DNA of 32,000 bases from Patescibacteria group bacterium (GTDB lineage Bacteria; Patescibacteriota; Patescibacteriia; 2-01-FULL-39-33): contig JBAZRV010000001.1 of NCBI GenBank assembly GCA_041662745.1, positions 1 through 32,000 on the forward strand, written 5' to 3'. The notes under the pieces are model-generated. The model had not been told where the DNA came from and made no database searches. It saw only the letters and a program-made list of their open reading frames with translations. Positions 22,295 to 31,847 of the stretch are shown piece after piece (position 1 is the first letter of the stretch; the number at the start of each line of letters is the position of its first letter). Both the position numbers and the translations under genes were made by a program.

Positions 22295-25177
22295 CTATTT
22301 CAGTATTTTTTTCAAATACTGGCCGGTGTAACTTTCTTTGACTTTCGCCACATCATAAGGCGTGCCGCTGGCCACCACATAACCGCCTTTCTCCCCGCCT
22401 TCGGGACCCAAATCTATCACCCAGTCGGCCGACTTAATGACTTCCAAATTATGTTCAATGATCAATACGGAATTATCCTTATCAGCCAAGCGATTCAAGA
22501 CGTGCAATAAGCGTTTGATATCCTCAAAATGCAAGCCGGTAGTCGGCTCATCCAAAATATACAAAGTCTTGCCGGTCGGTCGGCGCGATAATTCCGTAGC
22601 CAGCTTGACCCTTTGCGCCTCACCGCCGGATAAAGTGGTGGCGGGCTGGCCCAATTTAAGATAGCCCAAACCGACTTGATCAAGGATGTCAAGCTTATCA
22701 ATGATCTGGTCATGACCGGAAAAAAACTTTTTGGCCTCGGTCACTGACATGGCCAAGACATCGGCGATATTCTTGCCCTTATAATAAATTTCCAGGGCGT
22801 CATGATTATAACGCTGGCCGTGGCATTCCTCGCACTCCACATAAACGTCAGGCAAGAATTGCATTTCAATCTTAACCAGGCCATCTCCCCCGCAAGTCTC
22901 GCAACGGCCTCCGCCCTTAACATTAAAAGAGAAATGACCTTGCTTAAACCCGCGCATCTTGGCTTCCGGCAATTCGGAAAACAAATCGCGGATATAAGTA
23001 AACACGCCGGTGTAGGTCGCGGGGTTGGAACGCGGCGTCCGGCCGATAGGCGACTGATTGATATCAATCACCTTATCCAAATTTTCCAATCCTTTGATCT
23101 CTTTATGCTGACCCGGCAAATCTTTGGTGCGATAAAATCTGTTGGATAAAGCTTTGGCTAAAATCTCATTCATTAGGGTTGATTTGCCGCTGCCGGATAC
23201 GCCGGTGATCACCACTAATTTTCCCAAGGGGATATTAACGGTGATATTTTTCAAATTGAACTCTTTAGCGCCGATGATTTCAATGAATTTGCCATTGCCT
23301 TCGCGCAACTGGCTTTTGGCCTCAATGCGCCTGACGCCCGCCAAATATTGGCCGGTCAAAGATTTCTTATTTTTCTTTACTTGGCTGATCGGACCTTCAG
23401 CTACCACTTCTCCGCCTAAAGCGCCGGCGCCGGGACCGATATCAATCAGCCAATCCGAAGCCTCCATAATCTGCTCATCATGTTCCACGACAATCACCGA
23501 ATTGCCCTTGTCGCGCAAGGTCTTCAAAGTATTGATCAACTTCTCCGTATTGCGCGGATGCAGGCCGATAGACGGTTCATCCAAAACGTAAGTTACCGAT
23601 TCCAAACCGGAACCGATCTGCACGGCCAAACGGATACGCTGAGCTTCGCCGCCGGCCAAGGTATTGGCGGCGCGCGACAAAGTCAAATATTCCAAACCGA
23701 CATTCCTCAAAAAAGATAATTTTTTCAACGCTTCGCGGATCAATTGTTTGGCTATCTTGCCTTCGCGTTTATCCTCCCATCTTTTGGTGAAACCCGATAA
23801 AAACTCTTCCAAATCAGACAAAGACAGATTGGTTACTTGGGAAATATTCTTGCCCTCCACTTTAACCGCCAAACTCTCCGGTTTCAGCCTGGTGCCATGG
23901 CAAGTGGGACAAGTGGACACGCGCATATAGTCCTCCAATGTCTTCTGCAAGTATTCCGACTTGGTATCGTTATATTTATCATCCAAAAATTTCAAAACGC
24001 CCTCAAACAGCAATGGTTTGCCGTCAACGTAATATTCCTTGCCGTCGCCTTCAAAAATCAAATCAACGACTTTCTCCGGCAACTCGGCCACCGACACATT
24101 CAAAGAAAAATCATGGGCTTTGGCGACCGCTTCCAATAATTTCATATTGGAATTTTGGCTGGCAAAATTGCGCGACCAGGGCTTAATGGCGCCCTCGGCC
24201 AAAGTCAAGCGCTTATTGGGTATGATCAGATCGCGATCAGGATTGAGTTTAACGCCTAAACCGCGGCAAGCCGGACAAGCGCCGAAAGGCGAGTTGAAAG
24301 AAAAGGATCGAGGCTCAATTTCCGGAATGCTTAATTGGCATTTAGCGCAAAAATAATAAAGATTGAAAGGGATTTCCTGAATCTTGTCGGGAGCCTGGGC
24401 GGAGGAAACAATGATATTCACAAAACCGTTGCTTAAGTCCAGGGCCAAAAGCAACGCCCTATTCAAACGTTGAAAAGATACATCCTTATCATCCTGCGCT
24501 TTAATTTCCTTAGTGATAGGCAAATTATCAAGTTGCACCTCAATCGTATGCGATAAATCCCTATCCAAAGACAATTTACCCCCGGAAATTTCATGGGCTT
24601 GATAAAAACTGCCGTCAATGCGGAAAATTTCGTAGTTAACGCGCAAAAGATTATCAATAATCTTGGCATGATTGCCTTTTTTGTTGATTACGACGGGCGA
24701 TAGAAGAGAAATACGGTTGCCTTCCGGCAATTTGGATAAACGTTCCAAGATCTGCCCGGCAGTCTGGCGGGTCAACGGTTCGCCGCATTTGTGGCAATGC
24801 ACTACGCCGACCTTGGCGTAAAGCAAACGCAAATAATCGTAAATTTCCGTTACCGTGCCGACAGTGGAACGGGGATTAATGGAAGAAGATTTCTGATCAA
24901 TGGCAATGGTCGGTGATAATCCCTCAATCGCGTCAACATCCGGCTTATCCATCAAATCCAAAAATTGTTTGGCATAGGAAGACAGGGATTCGGCATAGCG
25001 TCTTTGGCCTTCGGCATAAATGGTGTCAAAGGCTAATGACGATTTGCCTGAGCCGGACAAACCCGTAATAACCACTAATCGGTCTTTAGGAATGTCTACC
25101 GAGATGTTTTTCAAGTTGTTGACTCTGGCGCCACGGACGCTGATTTGTTTGCGATTAGAAGAAGGGGATTTTGGCAT
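22295..25177 (-). CDS. uvrA: Excinuclease ABC subunit A
   Basis: 960 aa. Two ABC ATPase modules ([30 protein letters not shown] twice), zinc modules CxxC, and conserved [11 protein letters not shown] and [11 protein letters not shown]. Confidence 0.95.
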   Translation of the reverse strand: MPKSPSSNRKQISVRGARVNNLKNISVDIPKDRLVVITGLSGSGKSSLAFDTIYAEGQRRYAESLSSYAKQFLDLMDKPDVDAIEGLSPTIAIDQKSSSINPRSTVGTVTEIYDYLRLLYAKVGVVHCHKCGEPLTRQTAGQILERLSKLPEGNRISLLSPVVINKKGNHAKIIDNLLRVNYEIFRIDGSFYQAHEISGGKLSLDRDLSHTIEVQLDNLPITKEIKAQDDKDVSFQRLNRALLLALDLSNGFVNIIVSSAQAPDKIQEIPFNLYYFCAKCQLSIPEIEPRSFSFNSPFGACPACRGLGVKLNPDRDLIIPNKRLTLAEGAIKPWSRNFASQNSNMKLLEAVAKAHDFSLNVSVAELPEKVVDLIFEGDGKEYYVDGKPLLFEGVLKFLDDKYNDTKSEYLQKTLEDYMRVSTCPTCHGTRLKPESLAVKVEGKNISQVTNLSLSDLEEFLSGFTKRWEDKREGKIAKQLIREALKKLSFLRNVGLEYLTLSRAANTLAGGEAQRIRLAVQIGSGLESVTYVLDEPSIGLHPRNTEKLINTLKTLRDKGNSVIVVEHDEQIMEASDWLIDIGPGAGALGGEVVAEGPISQVKKNKKSLTGQYLAGVRRIEAKSQLREGNGKFIEIIGAKEFNLKNITVNIPLGKLVVITGVSGSGKSTLMNEILAKALSNRFYRTKDLPGQHKEIKGLENLDKVIDINQSPIGRTPRSNPATYTGVFTYIRDLFSELPEAKMRGFKQGHFSFNVKGGGRCETCGGDGLVKIEMQFLPDVYVECEECHGQRYNHDALEIYYKGKNIADVLAMSVTEAKKFFSGHDQIIDKLDILDQVGLGYLKLGQPATTLSGGEAQRVKLATELSRRPTGKTLYILDEPTTGLHFEDIKRLLHVLNRLADKDNSVLIIEHNLEVIKSADWVIDLGPEGGEKGGYVVASGTPYDVAKVKESYTGQYLKKILK

Positions 25178-25204
25178 AAGGTATTTTAAGATATGTCAAC
25201 AAAA

Positions 25205-25233
25205 AGCATATCACAATTTGCTTGGCAGGTCAA
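25205..25233 (-). promoter_or_regulatory. Sigma70-type promoter for uvrA
   Basis: Minus strand TTGACC, 17 nt, TGtGaTATGCT. Confidence 0.5.
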
Positions 25234-25250
25234 GTAAGAATGAAAAAGAA

Positions 25251-25280
25251 TAAAAAAACGGGAGCTCTTGCGAACTCCCG
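25251..25280 (-). terminator. Rho-independent terminator of the GC-rich three-gene operon
   Basis: Minus strand CGGGAGTTCGCAAGAGCTCCCG followed by TTTTTTT. Confidence 0.75.
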
Positions 25281-25305
25281 GCGGGGTAATGTGCAGCAAA
25301 GCGGT

Positions 25306-26271
25306 TCAATCATACTTCTCGTCAGAGAAGCGAAACCGCTCCAGAATTGAGAGCGGATACTGTTCAACTAAGATCCCTCGAGCCTCCCATTGGAAGCTGG
25401 TTTCACGGCCCTCGCCATGAATGTCCTGGATCTGCTGAGCGGGAATCACTTCAGCGTACTTCACCCACTCCCCACACTTCAGATAAGCCAGTCCATCCTC
25501 GCGTAGTGGTACCTGTGTCCAATGAACACGAGCCACCTCGCCGTTCGGCATTGCAATGGCGCCGAAACCGCGAGACAGATTCCAGAACAGAACGACAGAG
25601 TAAGACTCCGCCATTCCTCCCTCCTCAACACAATTCATGGAGGGAAGAGGCGGCGGCGGGTTCAGTATCAGCGTCTCCTCGGGCAAGAGGCCGTCTTCAC
25701 CTTGTTCCCAACCCATAAACTGAGCGGCCAACCAGTCATTTAGTTGCGGCCAATCCACAGTCGGAAAGTAAACGCCGGCGCCGTTCCAAATGGCCTGATG
25801 CTCACCGATCTTCTGCAGGGTGGCAAAGAATTTGCCCATCTGACTAACGATCGCCGCCTGCCAGATCACGATCCGGCCAAGCGAATCAATGCCGATCAGG
25901 TGCAGATTGTTGGTCTGTGGCATGGTGGTGAAACACTTATGCTTCTCCGACCAGGTGACCGGCACTGTCCGATTGAAGTTGACCGCAGTTTCCCGGCCGT
26001 CGTTTATAAGGCTCCGGGCTCGTTTCTCCACCAGATCGCCGCGGCCATTAGCCAGCAACACCATCCATGGTTTGGACGGTACTTCCGTCGGAGTGAAGGT
26101 AGTAACATCCAGCATGAACCGGCATGGATTCTCGGGGCATTCCTCCAGGGGTGTCACCCCAACGGACAGAGGAATATTGTTGAGCACCCCATCAACGACA
26201 AATTGCGCGTAGACCACCACTTCGGCCCCATCGATCGCGGGGATAACCCCTTGCTCTTGCATGGTCTTCAT
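25306..26271 (-). CDS. Hypothetical protein (321 aa) with a C-terminal cold-shock/OB-like domain
   Basis: SD AAGGAG. C-terminal VVLFWNLSRGFGAIAMPNGEVARVHWTQV...LKCGEWVKY parallels the CspA motifs (W-F-N-x-x-K-G-F-G-F-I...V-F-V-H). The N-terminal ~220 aa are unrecognised. Confidence 0.65.
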   Translation of the reverse strand: MKTMQEQGVIPAIDGAEVVVYAQFVVDGVLNNIPLSVGVTPLEECPENPCRFMLDVTTFTPTEVPSKPWMVLLANGRGDLVEKRARSLINDGRETAVNFNRTVPVTWSEKHKCFTTMPQTNNLHLIGIDSLGRIVIWQAAIVSQMGKFFATLQKIGEHQAIWNGAGVYFPTVDWPQLNDWLAAQFMGWEQGEDGLLPEETLILNPPPPLPSMNCVEEGGMAESYSVVLFWNLSRGFGAIAMPNGEVARVHWTQVPLREDGLAYLKCGEWVKYAEVIPAQQIQDIHGEGRETSFQWEARGILVEQYPLSILERFRFSDEKYD

Positions 26272-26355
26272 GTCTCATCTCCTTGAATTGCCGGATCATT
26301 CCGGCTGGGCTTATGGACAAAACCGTCTGACTCACATTGCCAGGCAGTACGGACG

Positions 26356-26613
26356 CTAACAATCGGGACAGTAAGGTATAACATCCTCAGAAAACAACAC
26401 CTCCTTCGGTTGTTTGATTTGACCGCACTCAAAGGCGATTCTCGCTGCCTCCCGACGGTCAACAAACTCTCCGCCGTCAGTCACAAATCCCTGCTCCGCA
26501 CCACTGAAAAATCCGGGTGGCGCAGAATGGCCATATTTCTGAATAATCCTGCCGTGACGGCAGGCGACGAATATCTCTCCGTCCTGTTGACGAATGGCCG
26601 CTTGCACGATCAC
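26356..26613 (-). CDS. Hypothetical small protein (85 aa)
   Basis: GTG start, with SD AGGAGG 7 nt upstream that overlaps the end of the previous gene. C-terminal CPDC. No family recognised. Confidence 0.55.
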   Translation of the reverse strand: MIVQAAIRQQDGEIFVACRHGRIIQKYGHSAPPGFFSGAEQGFVTDGGEFVDRREAARIAFECGQIKQPKEVLFSEDVIPYCPDC

Positions 26614-26615
26614 TC

Positions 26616-27080
26616 TTATTCCTCCTGCTTAATATATCGCCCCGTAGGATAGCCATCGGCTTGATATTCCTTAACATACCCGGGCTTCAACCGGTGGTCA
26701 ATCCAAATGCCGTAAACACGTTGGTTATGCGAATAGCTCGTATGAGTCACCTCCAACTTCCAATCAATCAAATCAAACCAGGGTTTTTCCAATTCAAAAC
26801 AATCCACTACACTTAAAATATTCCAAACCTCAAAAGTACCAATTCCCTCAACCACACTATAGGTATGGCTGTAGTTCCAATCCAATGGAATCCACGAATG
26901 ACTGCCAATGGTGATTGTTTCCCCAATGGAATCAACGATTGACCTAGAAGCAACGACTGACCGCTGTTGTTCCTCTGCTTGCTTCGGATCCTGCGAGCAC
27001 GAGGCGCCCACGACCATAACAACAATAATGAACCAAGCCACGCCGGTCGCTAAAGCCAAATTTTTCCAATTTTCGTTCAT
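26616..27080 (-). CDS. Putative lipoprotein (154 aa)
   Basis: SD GAAGGAGGA. Signal peptide WFIIVVMVVGASC with a lipobox-like G-A-S-C. Confidence 0.6.
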   Translation of the reverse strand: MNENWKNLALATGVAWFIIVVMVVGASCSQDPKQAEEQQRSVVASRSIVDSIGETITIGSHSWIPLDWNYSHTYSVVEGIGTFEVWNILSVVDCFELEKPWFDLIDWKLEVTHTSYSHNQRVYGIWIDHRLKPGYVKEYQADGYPTGRYIKQEE

Positions 27081-27145
27081 TGTAAAGTCCTCCTTCGGCC
27101 ATTACAGCCGAATTCAACTCGGGCTGATTCCCGAATTAATATATA

Positions 27146-27174
27146 ATTATAGCAAATTTAAACAATTTTGTCAA
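27146..27174 (-). promoter_or_regulatory. Perfect consensus sigma70 promoter of the GC-rich operon
   Basis: Minus strand TTGACA, 17 nt, TATAAT. Begins TTGACAAAAT like the promoters at 15320 and 15529. Confidence 0.65.
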
Positions 27175-27212
27175 TACCTTTATCCACAACTGACATTTAT
27201 CTAAATTTAAAC

Positions 27213-27250
27213 AAAAAAATCGCCCAACCGCTAAAGCCGGACGATTTTTT
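27213..27250 (-). terminator. Probable terminator after the por operon and membrane-protein gene
   Basis: Imperfect hairpin AAATCG..CCG/CGG..CGATTT flanked by A7 and T6 runs. Confidence 0.45.
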
Positions 27251-27266
27251 AAAATTTAAATTCTGT

Positions 27267-27701
27267 TTATTTGATTTTGGTGCGTAAGCCGAAAAAATAC
27301 ACTAATGTCATCACCACCCAATAAATTCCTCCAATCAGGGATATAAGCCAACCAAGAATGGGAATAATAGCGACTAAACTGCAAACAATCGGAACCAAAA
27401 CTAAAATATAGAACCATTTTTTCTTTTCTTCATTAACAGCAATAAAGGCGGCTTTGTCGGTCATGCCCCAATGATAGATATTAATCAAACTCAAGACGGC
27501 CAAAACAATGCCGACGATCAAAAAAACAACGCCGAAAATAGCCATAGCGCCAACCATGGCGCCTAATCCTCCGCCCATCATGGCTCCGGCTCCGGTCGGA
27601 ATTTGAGCGGCTTGGGCCGCTTGCATAGCCTGGCGTTGCAATTCTTGCAGTTGCGCCGCGTCAGGCATCGTTCCCGCGGCTTGCAAAACTAATGCTAACA
27701 T
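27267..27701 (-). CDS. Hypothetical integral membrane protein (144 aa)
   Basis: SD GGGAGGTGA. Gln/Ala-rich N-terminus, Gly/Met-rich stretch, 3-4 predicted TM helices. Lies downstream of porB on the same strand. Confidence 0.6.
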   Translation of the reverse strand: MLALVLQAAGTMPDAAQLQELQRQAMQAAQAAQIPTGAGAMMGGGLGAMVGAMAIFGVVFLIVGIVLAVLSLINIYHWGMTDKAAFIAVNEEKKKWFYILVLVPIVCSLVAIIPILGWLISLIGGIYWVVMTLVYFFGLRTKIK

Positions 27702-27752
27702 ATTATCACCTCCCTTCTTTATGATTTATCTTTGACTTTCTATTTGCCTAAC

Positions 27753-28646
27753 TTACATCAACTCAAACCTCTTGATATTCTCCTCGCAAATATCTTGCAA
27801 TTTTTTAAGTTCGGCTTCCGCCCCCGGCTTGAACAAATGTTTAAAGCGTTTCTGCAGTTTTAAAAATTCTTCCACCGGTTTCTTCTGGGTAACCTTCATT
27901 TTATTGGTCAGCTCGCCATTGACATACTCCACAATCGGATAATAACCCGTCTGCACGGCCAGTTTGGCGACGTTAATCGTGTCTTTGGGATCTATGCCCC
28001 AACCCGGCACGCACGGCACATACAGTTGCAAATACTTCGGCCCCTTGACGCTCAGCGCTTTCTTAACCTTGGCAACCAAATCGGCGGGATAACCGACAGT
28101 GGCCGTAGCGACGTAAGGCACATGATGCGCTAAAGCGATGGCCACCATGTCCTTTTTCCTGGTGGGATTGCCGAAGGACTTTTTACCGGCCGGAGCGGTG
28201 GTGGTGTTGGCGTCAAGCGGCGTGGATCCCGATGTCTGATAGCCGGTATTCTCATACGCCTCATTGTCATAACAGACATACAAAACATTGTCACCTCGTT
28301 CCCATAGGCCGGAAATATGGCCCAAACCGATGTCAAAAGTGGCGCCATCGCCACCCAGGGCGATAACATTCACTTCCCGATCCTTGCCCTCATGTTTTAA
28401 GGCGTAATAAATGCCCGAAGCCAGACAGGAAGAATTTTCAAACAATGAATGAATCCACGGCACCTTGAACGCGGTCATGGGATATTGCGTCGTGGTTACT
28501 TCGCTGCAACCAGTGGCATTGGTCAGGATAGTATTGGGTCCGGCCGTATCAGTTACCAGCCGAGCGGCAATAATCATGCCGCAACCGGCGCAAGCCGAAT
28601 GGCCGGGATTAAGAATATGGGATAATGGCGCTTTATATTTTTTCAT
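27753..28646 (-). CDS. porB: Pyruvate (2-oxoacid):ferredoxin oxidoreductase, beta (TPP-binding) subunit
   Basis: I start it at the internal ATG 28646 (MKKYKAPLSHILNPGHSACAGCG), 4 nt after the porA stop. GGDGATFDIG TPP motif. The track's 28847 start would overlap porA by ~200 nt. Confidence 0.9.
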   Translation of the reverse strand: MKKYKAPLSHILNPGHSACAGCGMIIAARLVTDTAGPNTILTNATGCSEVTTTQYPMTAFKVPWIHSLFENSSCLASGIYYALKHEGKDREVNVIALGGDGATFDIGLGHISGLWERGDNVLYVCYDNEAYENTGYQTSGSTPLDANTTTAPAGKKSFGNPTRKKDMVAIALAHHVPYVATATVGYPADLVAKVKKALSVKGPKYLQLYVPCVPGWGIDPKDTINVAKLAVQTGYYPIVEYVNGELTNKMKVTQKKPVEEFLKLQKRFKHLFKPGAEAELKKLQDICEENIKRFELM

Positions 28647-28650
28647 AAAA

Positions 28651-29787
28651 TTATTTTCCGACAAAAATTGTCCGCTCTTTGGTGGTTTTAGCCAGATCAA
28701 CCGTTCGCTTGACCATTTCTTTGGTGATATCGCGGCCGCCCAAGCCCATGATGGCGCCGACGATTTTGGCTTGGCTTTGGCCGTAAAAAGCGCGGCGGAT
28801 TTCTCCGGCCAGTATTCCCTCCTCGCCCAAGGAGACCGATTTATCAATTACTAAAATATTCTTCTTGGCGCCGATCAATTTAAATATCTCTTCGGTCGGG
28901 AAAGGCCGCAGACCGCTAACTTTCACTACGCCGATTTTTTTGCCGGACTTTTTCAATTCATCCGCCGCCTCTTTGATCGTTCCCAAAACCGAACCCATGG
29001 CCACTACCACCGTATCGGCGTTCTTATCGCCGTAATAATCAACCAAAGAAAGCCGGCGACCGAACACCTTTGTAAACTCCGCCATCTCCTTGGCGATTAA
29101 TTTTTTGCTAGCCGCCAAATCAGCATGCAACTCCTGGCGGATTTCCATATAATGCGCCGGCGTAGCAAAAGCGCCTAAAGTCAAAGGATTTTTTACGTCT
29201 AATTTTTCTGACGCCTTAAAATCCGGCAGATACTTTTTGATCTGTTTGCTTTCCGGAATTTCCACCGGTTCAACCACGTGGGTCAGGATAAAGCCGTCCA
29301 AATTAACCATGACCGGAATAAGTGCTTGCTCGGCCACCTTGTAGGCCAATACATGCAAATCCACCGTTTCTTGCATATCTTCGCCATACAACATAATCCA
29401 GCCGGCATCGCGCATCGTTACGGCATCCTGCTGGTCGTTCCAAATATTGATCGGCGCCGAAATGGCGCGATTGGCGTCAGTCATAACAATGGGCAAACGC
29501 ATGCCCGCGACATTGAATATGACCTCGGTCATTAATAATAAGCCTTGTGAAGAGGTGGCGGTGTAAGTGCGCGCGCCGGCGGCTGAAGCGCCGACCAATA
29601 TGGATAAAGCGGCGAATTCGCTCTCCGACCGGACATACTCGTAATCCGCCTCGCCGTCAGCCTTAAGCTTGGCCAAATCTTCAACGATATGCGTTTGGGG
29701 CGTAATCGGATAAGCCGAAATCACGCCCACGCCGATATTCCTGATTGTTTCCGCGATCGCTCGCGATCCTTCCAATATTTTTTTCAT
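28651..29787 (-). CDS. porA: Pyruvate (2-oxoacid):ferredoxin oxidoreductase, alpha subunit
   Basis: 378 aa, with ISAYPITPQT...YTATSSQGLLLM typical of the POR/KOR alpha family. Confidence 0.9.
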   Translation of the reverse strand: MKKILEGSRAIAETIRNIGVGVISAYPITPQTHIVEDLAKLKADGEADYEYVRSESEFAALSILVGASAAGARTYTATSSQGLLLMTEVIFNVAGMRLPIVMTDANRAISAPINIWNDQQDAVTMRDAGWIMLYGEDMQETVDLHVLAYKVAEQALIPVMVNLDGFILTHVVEPVEIPESKQIKKYLPDFKASEKLDVKNPLTLGAFATPAHYMEIRQELHADLAASKKLIAKEMAEFTKVFGRRLSLVDYYGDKNADTVVVAMGSVLGTIKEAADELKKSGKKIGVVKVSGLRPFPTEEIFKLIGAKKNILVIDKSVSLGEEGILAGEIRRAFYGQSQAKIVGAIMGLGGRDITKEMVKRTVDLAKTTKERTIFVGK

Positions 29788-29788
29788 A

Positions 29789-30064
29789 TTATTTCTCTTC
29801 CTCCCTCATGGTTATGGCCTTGACCGGACAGACTTCGGCGCAAATACCGCAACCCTTACACCAATCCAAATCCTTTTCGTAAAAAAACTTGCCGGCCCGA
29901 TTTTTATCGCCCGTCTTAAAACAAATGCCTTCCGGACAGACCTGCTCGCACAAACTGCAACCGATGCATTTCTCATGATCAATCTCCGGATAATGGCTTT
30001 CCCGCCAATTGCCTGTCTTGACTTGGCTGGCGGTGCCGGGCTGGGCTGTTATTTTTATCTTCAT
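29789..30064 (-). CDS. porD: Pyruvate:ferredoxin oxidoreductase, delta subunit (2x[4Fe-4S] ferredoxin)
   Basis: CIGCSLCEQVCP and CKGCGICAEVCP cluster motifs. Confidence 0.9.
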   Translation of the reverse strand: MKIKITAQPGTASQVKTGNWRESHYPEIDHEKCIGCSLCEQVCPEGICFKTGDKNRAGKFFYEKDLDWCKGCGICAEVCPVKAITMREEEK

Positions 30065-30065
30065 A

Positions 30066-30608
30066 CTAATTATTACTGATTATTTCATATCCTTTCTTGG
30101 CGGCAATAATGTTCTTATCCGCCAACTCTCCGCTGAAACGATTTCTAATCGCTTGTTCTATCGCCGTCATCTTGATCGTGCCGATGAGCCCGGCAAAAGC
30201 GCCGAGCATAATCGTATTGATTATGGGCCGTCCCAAAACTTCCTTGGCAATATCGGTTGCGGCCAATGATTTGACTCTGATCCCGCGAGGCAGTTTGGCC
30301 GTCAACTCCGTTTCTTTGGTGTTAACCAAAACCACCGCTCCGGCTTTCAAGTCGGATAGCAGTTTTTCGTCGTTAAGCAACGAAGGATCCTGAACAATGG
30401 CGTAATCAGGAGCGTAAACTTGGCTGCGCAAACGAATCGGCTTGTTGTCCAAACGCACAAAAGCCATCACCGGCGCGCCGCGTCGCTCCACGCCAAAACT
30501 GGGAAAGGCCTGCGCCTCCTGACCGGAATAAAAAGCGGCTTCCGCCAGAAGTTCCGCCAAAGTTACCGAGCCCTGGCCGCCGCGGCCGTGTATTCTTACT
30601 TCTAGCAT
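30066..30608 (-). CDS. porG: Pyruvate (2-oxoacid):ferredoxin oxidoreductase, gamma subunit
   Basis: IHGRGGQGSVTLAELLAEAA...FPSFGVERRGAPV. Gene order is G-D-A-B, as in the four-subunit PORs. Confidence 0.9.
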   Translation of the reverse strand: MLEVRIHGRGGQGSVTLAELLAEAAFYSGQEAQAFPSFGVERRGAPVMAFVRLDNKPIRLRSQVYAPDYAIVQDPSLLNDEKLLSDLKAGAVVLVNTKETELTAKLPRGIRVKSLAATDIAKEVLGRPIINTIMLGAFAGLIGTIKMTAIEQAIRNRFSGELADKNIIAAKKGYEIISNN

Positions 30609-30610
30609 AA

Positions 30611-31477
30611 TTATTTGATTCCTTTATATAATTTAATCAATTCTTCCCAAGTATTCAGGGGTACGGCTCCCTCCAGCTTCTTGCCGTTAACATAAAAGGT
30701 GGGAGTGCCGCGAGCGCCCAGATCCAAAGCATCGGCAATATCCTCGGTTACCTTTGGCTGATATTTCAATGACTTCAAGCAATTATTAAACTTCGCCAGA
30801 TTAAGGCCGGAGGATTTGATGATGGCGTTGAATTCTTCCTCATTATTGAAATTTCCTTGTTGCAAAAATAAGCGGTCATGAAACGGCCAGAACTTGCCTT
30901 GCTCTTGGGCGCAGTAACCGGCTTGAGCCAAAACCATGGAATCGTCGCCCTTGACCGGATAATTACGGAAGATAAACAGAATGTCTTGTTCGTATTTATT
31001 GGCGATAGTGCGAATAACGGAAAACTCTTCTTGGCAAACCGGACACTGAAAATCGGCGAACTCCACAATAACCAATTGAGCGTTGATATTTCCCAAATAG
31101 GGACGATCGATTTTTTCCGCCTTTTGCCGGGCCGGACTTTTTTCAAGAGAAGAACTGATGCTGGAAGACGCGGCGGCAATCGTATTGTCAATGGTAGAAC
31201 TGACAATATTAAAAAACAGCGCCTCAGTAGTGGTTGACTGGGTGGTAATACCGTTAGGGATCTGGTCCAATAACTGTTCCAAAAGCGGATTACCGGCCAA
31301 AGTCTGACCGTTCTCGGCTTGGCCGGCAAAATCCAATATCTCACGCATTTTCTGCTCTCGCGACGCCACCTCTACTGCCACCAAGGCAAAGAATCCCAAC
31401 GCCACTAGAACAGCCGCGCCAAGCAAAATTATTTTCCACCAATTGCGCTGGCGGTTGTCAAGCGACGAATAATCCAT
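30611..31477 (-). CDS. Membrane-anchored DsbA-family thiol:disulfide oxidoreductase
   Basis: N-terminal TM segment and thioredoxin fold with FADFQCPVCQ (CxxC) and RGTPTFYVNGK (cis-Pro loop region). Confidence 0.85.
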   Translation of the reverse strand: MDYSSLDNRQRNWWKIILLGAAVLVALGFFALVAVEVASREQKMREILDFAGQAENGQTLAGNPLLEQLLDQIPNGITTQSTTTEALFFNIVSSTIDNTIAAASSSISSSLEKSPARQKAEKIDRPYLGNINAQLVIVEFADFQCPVCQEEFSVIRTIANKYEQDILFIFRNYPVKGDDSMVLAQAGYCAQEQGKFWPFHDRLFLQQGNFNNEEEFNAIIKSSGLNLAKFNNCLKSLKYQPKVTEDIADALDLGARGTPTFYVNGKKLEGAVPLNTWEELIKLYKGIK

Positions 31478-31595
31478 AATTGTTATCTTGATTATAACAA
31501 CTTTTACCCGGAATTGCCACTATTTGATTTTGGAATCGCCACTGCTTGATTTTTCCGGCTCAAGAGTTATAATTCATACAAATAACAATAAAAAT

Positions 31596-31793
31596 ATGCT
31601 AAATCCCGAAAGTGGCGACAGGGGGCGCCATATCTACGCCAATAAAAATGGCGAGGACGTTTACGAAGCCACCCCGCCATCCGGCCAAGTCGGCCAGGCA
31701 GAGACACCCGAATGGGAACGCGACTTCCACAAGCGCTTTGCCGGGCTCGGCCAAAAAAACAAAAGAAAAACTATTTACGATAAAACGGAATAG
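31596..31793 (+). CDS. Possible small protein (65 aa)
   Basis: Internal ATG of track ORF 31488-31793. Upstream promoter-like TTGATT, 16 nt, TATAAT (31546-31573). No SD. GC-rich relative to its surroundings. Terminator downstream. Confidence 0.35.
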   Translation: MLNPESGDRGRHIYANKNGEDVYEATPPSGQVGQAETPEWERDFHKRFAGLGQKNKRKTIYDKTE

Positions 31794-31816
31794 CGCCGAA
31801 TTATAATCTGTGACTT

Positions 31817-31847
31817 AAAATCCTCTTGATTTAGCAAGAGGATTTTT
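31817..31847 (+). terminator. Rho-independent terminator
   Basis: AAAATCCTCTTG-atttag-CAAGAGGATTTT plus a T-run. The loop contains the stop codon of the convergent partial ORF. Confidence 0.7.

Noticed and set aside
17981-25253. Numerous 60-150-aa track ORFs inside or antisense to leuS and uvrA
   Set aside because: They are shadow ORFs of two unambiguous long housekeeping genes.
25347-26286. Plus-strand ORFs antisense to the 321-aa gene (25347-25718, 25522-25743, 25744-26286, 25889-26212)
   Set aside because: High local GC keeps the antisense frames open. They have no SDs and Arg/Pro/Ser-rich junk-like sequences. The minus-strand gene has an SD, an operon context and a recognisable CSD-like motif.
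28647-28847. N-terminal 67-aa extension of the porB ORF as given in the track (start 28847)
   Set aside because: It would overlap porA by ~200 nt and reads as out-of-frame noise (MINRSPWARREYW...). The internal ATG at 28646 gives the canonical beta-subunit N-terminus 4 nt after the porA stop.
30775-31344. 189-aa minus-strand ORF overlapping the DsbA-like gene out of frame
   Set aside because: It is an alternative frame of a gene with a clear thioredoxin CxxC signature, and its sequence is Arg/Leu/Ser/Pro-rich and not protein-like.
31488-31595. TTG-initiated 36-codon extension of ORF 31488-31793
   Set aside because: It spans the promoter-like elements and is AT-rich, non-protein-like sequence. 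The internal ATG at 31596 is more plausible, though the whole ORF remains uncertain.
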